From: Chrysomallon squamiferum
Lineage: Eukaryota; Animalia; Mollusca
Assembly: GCA_012295275.1 (NCBI GenBank)
Contig: CM022676.1
Location: 12,834,001-12,898,000 of the forward strand
DNA: 64,000 nucleotides
Direction: 5' to 3'
Below, in pieces: positions 12,499 through 25,015 of this stretch (position 1 is the first letter of the stretch; each line of letters opens with the position of its first letter). The notes under the pieces were generated by a model. The model had not been told where the DNA came from. It was given only the letters and a program-made list of their open reading frames with translations, and did no database searches. The position numbers and the translations under genes were made by a program.

Positions 12499-14633
12499 TT
12501 TAAAATATAAATAATATGAAACCTTTCTGTCCTTTCTTCACTTTGTTTTCAGAATCTACTGAAAAGAAAGATGAAAAAATTAATTCGGCTTAAAACAAAT
12601 ATATATATATATATATATCTGGTAAATTAAATTAAATGGATTTTTGCTCTATGATTGTATTTTATCAATATTATTATGAAATATATTGTTAGTATTAAAT
12701 TTAATTTCTATTTAAATTTTTAAAATAAATTAAGTAAAAGAAGTAGTTTAACATTTAAATTATATCAAACAAGCTAAATTTTGCATATACAAATAAATAT
12801 ACACACACAAAGACACAGGTCTGGTTTACTTATACTTTTTTGGATGCAATAATTGTATTAACAAAGTGTATCCAAACTGATGTTATTACAGTAATGACTA
12901 ATTAGATCATGTAATACCACTTGACAGCAGATGTTGTTGCTGACCAGAGGCCATGTTTCCAAATATTTCAGTGGTTAGATTATAATGATGTCATAAAATG
13001 GCACAAACTGCTGTTAGCCAAAAGTGTTGTTTCAATGTCAGTTGAAGTCTGTCATAATAAACAGAACCACTGTATTGTTATTTTTACTACTAATGCCATG
13101 TTGGTTTCATGCTGGGCCTGCACATATATGTAATTTTTACCCCTAGGTTTGAACAACAAATTGGTAAATAATTTATATTGTCTTGCAGCAGCTTTTGTTC
13201 CCACCACATAGAAAAACGTGAAACGTTTCAATGATACATTCTAATATAAAACAATTGTATGAGGGACTTGATCGAACATGTTCATGCCTGCATCAGAAAG
13301 AAAATTGATCTGATGATCTTTTAAGTTAAAACAACAGAACATTTCTGCATTTTTCAGCCAGATTTATTGATTTTATCAAATGCATTATAAACAGCTATCA
13401 TTTAGCATGAACAAAATTTTATACAGAATAACATAATCTAAATTGTTCATAGATAAATTAGGCTGAAAGTTGTAGCTATTTTGCTGCTATCCACATTGCA
13501 TCAATTCATCAATTAGATACCCATTTCAACCTATCTTGTGGACTAATAGTCTTTTACCAAGAAAGCATGACTGACAAACCCAAGATGATTGTCCAAAATG
13601 ACAACCAAAATTTCATTGCCAGGGACGACTGTAAGCATTAGATCATGGTGTTGTGAGTTTTATGTAACTGAAACTGTTGTGACAAAATACATTACTTTTA
13701 CTGTGGTAGTATAGTTATTTTAGACAGTGATGATTAGTATATAAGTGTCTATCTCAGTTGTCAGTGTCTGAATTTGGAATCAGTTACTGGTTTCGGGTAG
13801 GATTCTTGTAAAAGATGTGACATCTGATTTCATGTAACTGTAAATTACTTTATCTGTTAATTCAATTTACAAACCTTTTTCTTTCTTTTTCTTTTCTTTT
13901 TCCTTTTTCTTTAACTTTAAATCTTGTTTTACCTTCTTTTTTTTCTCATTGGCAGATTCTGTTTGGCCTTTTTTACCTGTAATTTGTGGGAGAAGTAGCA
14001 TTAACTGATAAAACAGTTATCTGTTTTTCTTAACTAACAATTAAGAGATTAAACAAAGAAAGGCAGATTTTTATTTAATGATGCAGTCAATGCATTTCAT
14101 TTGTATAACTTATAATTATGATTATAGACTACAGAAAAATAAAAAATAAAAGTTCCAAACAGCCCTTCATGTTATTTCTTATTATTTGTTTTAATTGTTT
14201 TTATTACCTTCTTTACTCTGACTAGCTGTAGACTGACCAGGCTTTGTTTTCTTTACAACAGAATACAGACTTTCAGGATTCTCAACTGTTAACCCAGAAC
14301 TTGCACTTGGCTGAGGATCAGTTTGACTTGAATCATTTCCTGCTATAATAAATACAACATATTAAACAAATGTCACTCAATTAAATATAAAAATGTCAGC
14401 AACATCAGACACTTGACTCTTTGAGCAAAGTATATTATAAATATGAAATATCTCATTTCTGAAAATGTGTAATTCTTTAAACCGATAAAACCTAAAATAT
14501 TAGTAAAGCGGTATTGTGTCACTGTTTATTCATTTTGTTCTTTTTTCTTTTTCTTAACGGAAAATTACTAAAATTGTTATTTTCTAAATTTGATAATAAT
14601 ATCCTTGTTATCAACAAATAATAGTACTAGATT

Positions 14634-14666
<33 letters not shown>

Positions 14667-16147
14667 AACATGGTTACATTTATTTTTGACATTGTTCCCA
14701 TTCTTGAAGATCTCCAACCTAAACAAATGTACACACACTGGACTGTAAAAACCAGATTCACTTGGGACCAACACGATTTGCTGATTTAGACAGAGAGCTG
14801 GTTTATAAACATTGAAATGACATCAAATTGGAATATATTTTATTACAAATGTTACAGTTAAATGTCTATCAAGTGAAGTGGAGAAGCAGTCTGATGACTG
14901 TGGTTTTTCATATTTCTCTCCGAAGCTAACTCCTACATAATGAGAACCATGTTTAAAAATGGGTTGTAAAAGCTGTTTTTGGTAGTAATATATTTAATCT
15001 CTTTCATCATTTTAAAAACATCAGTGTATGAAAGTTCAGTCATTGTTTAAGAAGTGACTGTACTTGCAAAACTGTGTGCTGGTGCTGACAGAACTAATTT
15101 CTTTATAAACTTGTCTTTTGTTCTGCAATTTACACCTGGAATCCAAAACAGACAGCATATGGATTAGACAGGGTTTTATTCATAACAGATTAGCAATAGT
15201 TGGATGGGACTTTGAAATGGTATCGGGTATTTGTTCCCCCATAATCTTTAATTAATGTGAAATTTTTAGACTTGGATTACAATACATTTTTCTAAATTCA
15301 TTTTCCTCAAAATATTCACATCAGTGTACTAACTGTCCTGAGTATCTTGATAACTGGAAAAAAGAATTAGAAAAATAAAGTCATAATCTGCAGTTGGGCA
15401 TGGGCAGATTATCCAGGCCTGAGTAACTTTTCTCCTTTAAACAACTGATTTTCCTAATGTCAAAAGACAAATAAATGAGAATACCGTTTTGGTAGAATGA
15501 TATACTTTTATTACATGTATGTGTACAGTGTGAGAATATACATGATAATTAAGAGACAAACTTTTATTCAATGATTGCTGGTTGCACATGTAAGTATGGG
15601 CTAACTATACCTAATTGAAATATGTGGGATGTGAAAGATGGGGTAATTAATAGAAAATATTGGAACAGTGTTCTCTGTATTGTGTAAGCCTTTTTCAACC
15701 AGTTTAACACTGCTAGTACATGGTGTTACCACACACTCTTTACAACTGAACCAAGAACGGTTTCAAAAGGTGAAAACACTTAATGGCATTACAAGCTTGA
15801 CTACTTCACCAAATAATCCTCCTCATCATAATCACTGGTGTATAAAATAATTATTAGTGATAAATGGATTTATGGATAAATGTTTTCATCTTAACTGAAA
15901 AAAAAAGAAATGGGAGTTGTGATCATGTACCTGGACAAATGTATTCCCAGTTATTTCTCCACCTACCTACAGTTGTCAAGGTGCATTTGTGACTATCTAT
16001 TTGCAGTGATGTTTAGTCAGTTTTAACACATTCACAGTGTATACAATAATTACCACAAATAGAATGCAGAACTATACCTGAAAATAATCACCGAGTTGGC
16101 GAGAAACAAATATTCTCTGACACTGGCTTACACAGAAATCTGCATTA

Positions 16148-16209
<62 letters not shown>

Positions 16210-19200
16210 ATGGGGTTCATCATAGATGTGTTTCTACAAAATAACAGAAATAAATTATTTTTTGTTTATATGTATCTAAATAAATTATTGTTTAATAAAA
16301 TAATATATTTTTCATTTGTATTTTAACACAACAGAAAAGTTGTATATGGTTATATGAAAAGAATATTTCATGGAAACTATTTGTGCTAGAGATTCTAAAT
16401 ATATATATTTATTATCCAGATTTAGAATATCTAGCAAAAATAGTTTCCATGCAGCATCTTCCCAAACATCTTAGGATAATATGAAAGGAAATATTGAGAA
16501 AAACCCCAAAAGAGTTTTATAAACCATATTTCCATTAAGCGGTGATGTTAGCCATTATTATTATTATGTTATCTGTGTATATCCACTTCCTACTGCAAAA
16601 AACCTGAATTATTTACCTAAAAAAATAAATGTCTTAGATAATTTCCTAAAGAGCCATATCAAAAACTAAAAAACTATATTTTTTATTCAGATTTTATAAT
16701 TTTTGGCCTAGCATGTCCCCTTAACTGATAAAAAACAACAAAAGTTAGACATGAAATGTTAAAACAGTGAGATATAAACAAAACAAAAAGACAAATATGC
16801 ATTGGCATTATTGAGGAAGGAATTAACGAGACTGAAATCTGGTATGACTTGTTTTTGGCATCCTTTGTTAATATTATTATTGTTTATTGGTCATAAAAAT
16901 GATTAAAATAATATTGGACATGAAAATCAGAATGGAACAGATAATAAAGATACATTGATAGATGGATGGGTATACATAATTTACTTTAATTTTACAATGA
17001 AAGAAAAGGAAATCATATTCATTATCAGCATTTGTATGAATATTGCTAAAAGTAGATGAATATAAGTAATGTATTTTTTAATTGTAATAACTGAAAAGTT
17101 GTACTTAGAGTAAGAAAACCATTTTGACTTTCATGTTACTAAATTCTCCCAGAACAAATGTTTATTTTAATTTTTTTACATATAAATAAACTAATACCTA
17201 CCTGATGGTTTTGATTTATTTAAATTGTTATCTTTTGATGTATAGTACAAATCATTGTCTTCCAAAACTGGAGTTAAAAAAATAAAAAATAAAAATATTA
17301 ACTGTCATGAAAATAGAGAATCAGAAAAAAAATTCTTAAAATAAATAAATAAATGAAATATTTATAGATGTAATAAAATTAAAACTACCATTATTTTATT
17401 TGGACATCAAAAGTGTAATTGGTTCTTAATTGATTTTTATTATTATTATTATTATTATTATTTTATTTTTTATTTTATTTTTTTATTACATTTATTTTTA
17501 CATATACAGTGGTACCTCGAGTTACGAGTGCTCCAACTTTCGAGTTTTCCATGTTGTGAGCAATTGCCTGGTCGATTTTGTGCTTTGAGTTGCGAGCCAA
17601 AATCTGAGTTACAAGCGAGCTTCAGATATGCTGCTGCTAGTTGGCACAACGAAAAACACAACATCCACCCAGCATGGATCCTAAGAAAGTGAGTGCAGAG
17701 AAGAAGAGGATCATGTCCATTGAATTAAATCATGAAATCATAGAAAAATATGAGCGAGGTATGCATGTAGTCAACATGGCTAGGCAGTACAAGCATACTA
17801 CTTTTATGATATGTACCATACTGAAGCAGAATGAGTCGATAAAGACTATAACTCCAGCCAAAGGCATTAAAATAAGTTCTAACATGTGGACCTCTGTCCA
17901 TGAAAAGATGTAGAAACCCTGACCCTGTACACTTTACAAAACCAATATATTTCTTTACATTATCTTATATTTTGTCTTTTTATACAATATTTGTCATTTA
18001 TACATATATATTTCTTAATTAATAACATGTTGCAAAACATTTGGTTGGTTTTGGGAGGGCTGGAATGGATTAATAGGATTTCAGTTAATTTTATTTAGGA
18101 AAATTGATTTGATATACGAGCAAATCGAGTTACAAGATTGGTCATGGAATGAACTAAACTCGCAAGTCAAGGTACTACTGTATTTTTAACCTTAATAAAA
18201 CTCAAACCTGGCAATTTGAGTTTTCTTTTGTCATCAGACTTCAAATACAAATCATTATCCACCAAATCTGAAGCAAAAACAACAAAATCTTTTTATTTAC
18301 TTATATATTAAGTCTCACAGGACATAACATCTATATTAAAGCAAATAATAGCTGTAGCCATGTAAACATTTCTAATGTTCGTCAGCTACTGAAGATAAGG
18401 CACTGTCTTTTGTCTTTCTTCTTCAAACAAAGAAAATGTATTTCTGATAAACACTGATTTTGTAAATCAAAGATAAATGTTTATTTCTAATGGATTCTTG
18501 AGTTAACTATATTTCATGTTCAGTTTGGTATTTCAGAGTAATATATTGTTTATGAATCACACCTGGCATTACTCGACTCTTTAATCTGTCATCACGATTC
18601 ATGTAGTACAACTCATTGTCTTCTAGAACTAAAAGATGAATCAGTTATTCAAATAATTAATATATTCCATTCTCATTTCAAAAGTTTATTATGAATTTAA
18701 TGCAGTTAAATGGCATTTAAAACTAAAATGATTAGTTCAAAGTTAAAGATTCCAAAACTGTTCTGCAACAATGAATGACAACATCTTTAAATAAGTGGTC
18801 TAATAAAATTCTTTATACTCGGACATTATTACTTTATTGTCATTTTCGTAACATTAGCAGAGCATGAAAAGAAGTAGTATTACAAAAATCTGAATTCAGC
18901 AATTTTATCTATTTCCATAAAAATTGGTATCTTCTCACATATATGTCAGTGTCATAGATGGTGATTTTTACTTTTCTTTCTTTATTTTCTGACAAGACAA
19001 GACATTTTTTTTTCAGATCTTGTTAGTTTGATTTCACAACTACTCTAACAAAATATTTTTCAGATGTGATTAATTCTGATAATTTTAGTTAAATAAAACT
19101 GATTACCTGGCAAAACACATTCCGCATTACAGTTTGTCTGCCTGCACAAAAAATAATAATAAGATACACATTAGTACAGATAGAGAAATTTAACCTTTTT

Positions 19201-20542
19201 ATAGTTAATTTTATTATTTTGAACTTCAAATAGTTTTCTTTCCTACTTAAATATTAAAAATTAGTTATTACTGCTATTGTTTTGTTGTTTTGAAAGTTTC
19301 TTGATCATCAAAAATATCATAATGGAGTCATTGTAATAAAGAAGCTTCATGGATCAAGTAAGACAAACTGGAAAGGAAACTGGCTAGTATTTTCCAAAGC
19401 ATTTTCTGTATAAACATATTTTTAAATTTTTATCATCCTATAAAATTATTTTAAAAGTGTAGCCAACACTTCAACATACATAGGTGTAAATTTTGTTTAA
19501 CCATTTTGTGTTGTTTTCTTTTTTCTCCATTATTTTCATTATTTATTCAGTTATCTTTTTTTATTATTATTTTATTTTGTTGCTTGCTTCCTGAAGTCTG
19601 ATTCAAACACAGAATATCAGAACATGTACACCATACTCTGTGCAAATTAGATTGTAATACTGAAATTATCAAACATTAAAAACATTGTATTTAAAGTTTA
19701 AAAAAATGATGTATTTTTTAATGATGACAATCACAGACTTTGAGAAAAAATAGAGAAGAATGAGCATTTTTTGTTTCTTTCATAATACCTGGTTTTATCA
19801 AATTACACAAATGTTACTGAAACAATCATAGATTTATAGCTTGCTTGCTTCAGGGAAACACTTTGTATTAAATAAACTATTTTAAATAAAAATAAAATAA
19901 ACCACCAGCTATCAGCAAACGAAGAGAAAATATAAAGATTTCTGATGAGATTTATTAACAAACTACTATATACATTTCATATGGTGATTTTTGATATATA
20001 TATGCGTATTTTTGAGTGAGGTAAACTCTTAAGAAAAACAACAAGAAAAAAGAAAATGCAAAGAAAAAGAGATGGCTTCAAATAAAGGATGTAAACTTAG
20101 TAAAACTTCAGCATATAAACCTTCAGATGTGTTGAATGATTCCAGTAACATTAGAATATGTTGTTAAAACAAAACACTTTTTTGATACCATTTCTCATTT
20201 TTCATTTTTCTAAGATCTATATTTTGGTTGACATCTGGACTTTGTTTGGGTTTAGACCAAATTCAGGCTAGCTATTTATGTTACATGATTCATATATATA
20301 ATAGGTGACCCAAGCACATTTAATTAATAAGATAAACAAAACAAAAAATGTTTGGTATACCTGAATGAAGATTGTTCCAATATGAGTTGCATTAATAAAC
20401 AGCAAAACTTAACTAATTATGTTCCTCACATAAATAATGACTAATGAAATACAAACAAAGAAAAGTCACAGGGAAAGTAAAAACAAATTAGGATGATTTT
20501 TTCTTTTCTTTCTTATTCATCTGGTTTTAATAAAAATAATAA

Positions 20543-20574
<32 letters not shown>

Positions 20575-23500
20575 GGAAAATATACTCACAAAGCATTTTC
20601 AGCATCCTTTTCTGAAATATAAAAATTAATAGAAATAAAAATATCAGCAATAATAAACATTTTTTCAAAAACTAGTAAATGTAAATTCAAATGACAAATA
20701 ATTATCCCAAATTTTATAATTTTTATTTTGTAATTATTTTTTCTTTATTATGCATTAAATACCACTTATTTGACTAAGTTTATTATTTAAAATTATATAA
20801 AATAACAGAATACAGTTCTCAGATAATGAATATAATTAATACTTTTTTTTAAATTGTCCTGTTTACAAGTAATAAAATCATACTCTTTTTGGTGGATAAT
20901 CCTGGTAATACCCGTCTTCTAAGTAACACAATCAGTGTCACTATGACAACAATGACAGTCACAGAACCAACAGCTCCTCCTACAGCTGCACCAAGCAGAG
21001 CACCTGGATCACTCAGCTTTTCTAAATCTGTCATAGATAAACAATATTTTGCATTTATAAAACTGCTACAAAAAATAGGAACAATAATATTTTACTGTTC
21101 TGAAACCAATAATGTTATTGCACTACTTGCTAATAGCTGCCTGAGTATTAACTCCAGTTTGATCTCTCAGATAGTCCATTTGTTTTCTTAAAACTTCTGA
21201 AAACAAACCCATATAAATGATAATTAAAATAAACATACCCTCTACATGTACCAATCACTTGTATTAATTCTGACATGACACAAACTTAGCACAATCTTTT
21301 TTTGATGAAGCCAAATATCAAACATTTCATGGACCATGATTACCTCATCTACTAAACAGGAATTATCAGTAACCTATTAGTATTAAACTTGATTTGGGGT
21401 TGATATTTTGCATGGATCAGTCTTGGGAAGATCATTATTTCAATACATTCAATCAATAATCACACAACACACTAACATATAACAACAAATAATAAAATTT
21501 AAAAAAAAAGAAACCTGTAATAATTGCACTTGAATATATATTTCAGTTTAAATTATGTAGATATTTGTCAAGACGAAAACAAATATTTTAAAAATTATTA
21601 TATTAATAGAAAATGTTAAATGACCTTCTGTGGTTACTTTAATGACAACATAATTGCTCATATTGTCTGAAGTTCTTGTGTTTTCAGCTGAGATTCTCAC
21701 ATCATAAACTGTTTTATCTTTGAGACTGGTGATGTTATAAAACACTTTCTGTCCTTGTGTTGAGTCATCAAACCAGTTACTTGTCCAAGTAATCCAGTTA
21801 GAGTCACTTTGTGGTTTGTACTGCAGCATAAATCTTTGTTTGAAATTACCACCTGGGTAGTTAGGTAGCCAGGACAAGAACACTGTGTCTGATGTTGATT
21901 CTCTTTCTTGTTGGAACTCTTTAGGAGGAAGAGGTGGACCTGCTCCAGTTAGGTTCACAGAAAACTGAGAACATCCAACTTCATTACAGACAGTCAGTTT
22001 GTACGTTCCAGTGTCATCTTGTGTGAAGTTTGTGATTTTCAGTGAAATTCTGTATGCTGAGTCTTTAATTAGTTTGCCGTGAATTTTCAGTGTGACATTT
22101 GTCTCCTCAACATTCGTATTATTAAAACTTATTTCACTGTCAGATTTCATCCAGGTATAATTGTTCATAGTGGGTTTACAAAACAAAGTTTTTACTAATA
22201 AAACTGACTTTCCAATTTCAGCTCCCACAATGTCATGATTAGTTTCCATAGTGATCTCTGGATTTGCTGAAATATGAAAAGGAAGAAAAAAGATAAAATA
22301 TATAAATAAATAAATAAATACATAAAATGATTTTCTAAATCACTGACACAACAGATTCATATAATTATTAATAAAATGAACAACAAATATTAAAGTCAGT
22401 CAGAATGCATGCCATATACTTAAATAGCACATGCAAACAATAATCATTCTAAAATATTTCTAATCATTGTTTTGTTTTGTTCCTGATAAGAAATGACACT
22501 CATTTAATGATGCTGTAGTGTTTTGATGTTTATTTAGAAAAATGTCTGCGCTCTAACACAAAGGAAGTGATTGGTTCCATTGTTGAAACAGATATATCGT
22601 CAAATCAACTTTTAGAATCTGAATTTTGCCTGCAGGTTAGTTTACTTATTCCATGTAACAAAAAGATCAAAATACAAGTGAATAAACATTAATATGAAAA
22701 GTTTTGTGTCACTTGCAACATTTTTGGCAAGCATTTCTGTTTTCATTTACTTGAATGTTTTAAACTACAATCTGTTCTATGTAATGGAGAACAGAAGCTG
22801 TGGGTGATGAGAAATGGGTAAATGTTTACAGTACTTTAAAAAAACAAAGAAATATTAAAAGCTATCATTACAAGTTTAAAACTTAAAGTGTTTATTTTTA
22901 AACCAGCATATCTACAAATTATATTTTAAAATATCTTTAACAAATGCATGAAACATATTTGAAGTTTTCACCTTTAACATAAAATAAACTGTAGCCAGTC
23001 TGCTCCAAAGTTCCACTTCTGTCAGGAATCCCGTTGTGCACACTACACTGGTATGTTCCACTGTCCTGATACGAAGCAGAAACAAACATCAAACTGTATT
23101 TGTTACGTCCAACATGTCTGCCTGTCACTTTTCTAACAAACACTTCATTCCAGTAATGTTTGAAATCTGAGAAGTTCATGTTGTCAGGACGACCATCAGC
23201 AGAACAGTTTAATTTTAGTAACATGTTTTCTGTTAAATTTTCAGATGGGAAGCTGACATCAGGAGCATCTGAAATAAGTCAAGAAAAAAAAAAAAAAAAA
23301 AATCAAATTACCAGGTTTGTTTTGGTAAATTATTTAATCTGACATGTTATAAAGATTATATATTGTAAAATCATTTGAATGTTGTTGTTGACAAACATCT
23401 CCATATTTCAGTTATTTATATAATTGGAGTAATTCTGTTCAAGTGAAATGTTATTATGAGATTTACAATTGACAACAAGTCCCCCCCCAAAAAATCAATG

Positions 23501-24972
23501 AAACAGGGTTTTTTGTAAACTTTTTAATCTGACATGTTACAAGGATTATATAATGTAAAATAATTTGAATGTTGTTGATGACAAACATCTCAATATCTCA
23601 GCTATTTATATAACTGCAGTAATTATATTACAGTGACAATGTTAAGGCAAGACTTACAATTGACAATAACTTCAGTTTCAGACGAGTTCACAAGATTTCC
23701 ATGGTTACTGGTTGTTACAGTTGCTTCACATGTGTAACTGCCAGAATTATCTCTACTGAGGTTTTTCAAATCTAGTATTCCATTATTTACTTGAATATTT
23801 CCATCAAATTTCCACTTGAGTTCAACAGAGCTGGGGTTGCTGTCTGCTGTGCAGTTCAAGGTCAAATTGTCACCTTCTTTTACAGGATTTAATTGTGATA
23901 AAGATATTTCAATTCTAGGATAATCTACAAAATATTAACACTGTAACATTTTATTAAAATCTTATTGAAACAATTCTTTATTGAAACAATACTTTCCTGA
24001 AACAGTTACTTTATAGGCACATTCAAAAACAGCTGCAGAAGTTTCTAGTTCAACTGAAGTAGACAAATAAACATAAAGATAATTTACAGTAAACACTGAA
24101 TAGAAGTATATATTTAAGTTAAATTTTAACTTACAATAATCTTTGATTTGAAGCAGATAGTTAAACTGAAGTATAACTTACAGTAAACATTGAGTTGAAA
24201 TAGATATTTAACTTCAAGTATAACTTACAGTAAACTTTGAGGTGAAGTAGATAGTTAAATTGAAGTATAGCTAACACTAAATATCAAGCTGAAGTAGATA
24301 TTTAAGACTAACTTACATTAAGCATTGAGCTGAAGTAGATAAACTGAAGAATAACTTACAGTAAACATTAAGTTGAAGTAGAAAGTTAAACTGAAGTATA
24401 ACTGACAGTAAACATTCAGTTGAAGTAGATAGTTAAACTGAAGTATAACTTACAGTAGACACTGAGTTGAAGTACATAGTTAAAGTGAAGTATAACTTAC
24501 AGTAAACATTAAGATGAAGTAGATAGTTAACTTGAAGTATAACTTACAGTAAACATTAAGTTGAAGTAGATAGTTAAACTGAAGTATAATTTACAGTAAA
24601 CATTAAGTTGAAGTAGATAGTTAAAATGAAGTATAACTTACAGTAGACATTGAGTTGAAGTACACTAGATTCAGGTCTGGTTTGATCTGGTCTGTCTGTG
24701 AACAGATTCTCAGCAGTACACTTGTACTTATCTTCATTGTCTTCTTTTTGTTGGTGTGAATGAGAAGTTGGATCCCACAAATGTTATGTCATGTTCATTT
24801 TTAAACCAGTGAAATTTAGCTGGTGGATTTCCAAGATCACCTTCTGGTAAAGAACAAATCAGAGAACCTGCTTCTCCTTCAAGCCAGGGTTGTACAGGAT
24901 TTGAATACAAAGATGGCTGACTTGGCGGATCTGAAAATTAAATAATTCTTAATTAGAAATCTAAATAACAAC

Positions 24973-25015
<43 letters not shown>

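Noticed and set aside
12840-13830. Coding-like intronic segment; minus-strand ETFHVFLCGG recalls a PIF1/Helitron helicase motif
   Set aside because: No intact Walker A or further ordered motifs; too decayed to call without a search.
15040-15135. Possible extra or alternative terminal exon of gene A
   Set aside because: Has an acceptor but runs into a stop in the required phase and shows no family motif; unsupported without transcripts.
16096-16326. Cys/Val repeat ORF
   Set aside because: (GT)n microsatellite artefact.
24050-24665. Regular repeat resembling a CRISPR array
   Set aside because: Head-to-tail units without unique spacers, eukaryotic context, no cas genes; derived from the exon end.
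24594-24749. Rescue of the +1 frameshift by using the second donor (+47 nt, total +48)
   Set aside because: The shifted frame reaches TGA a few codons after the indel, before any donor.
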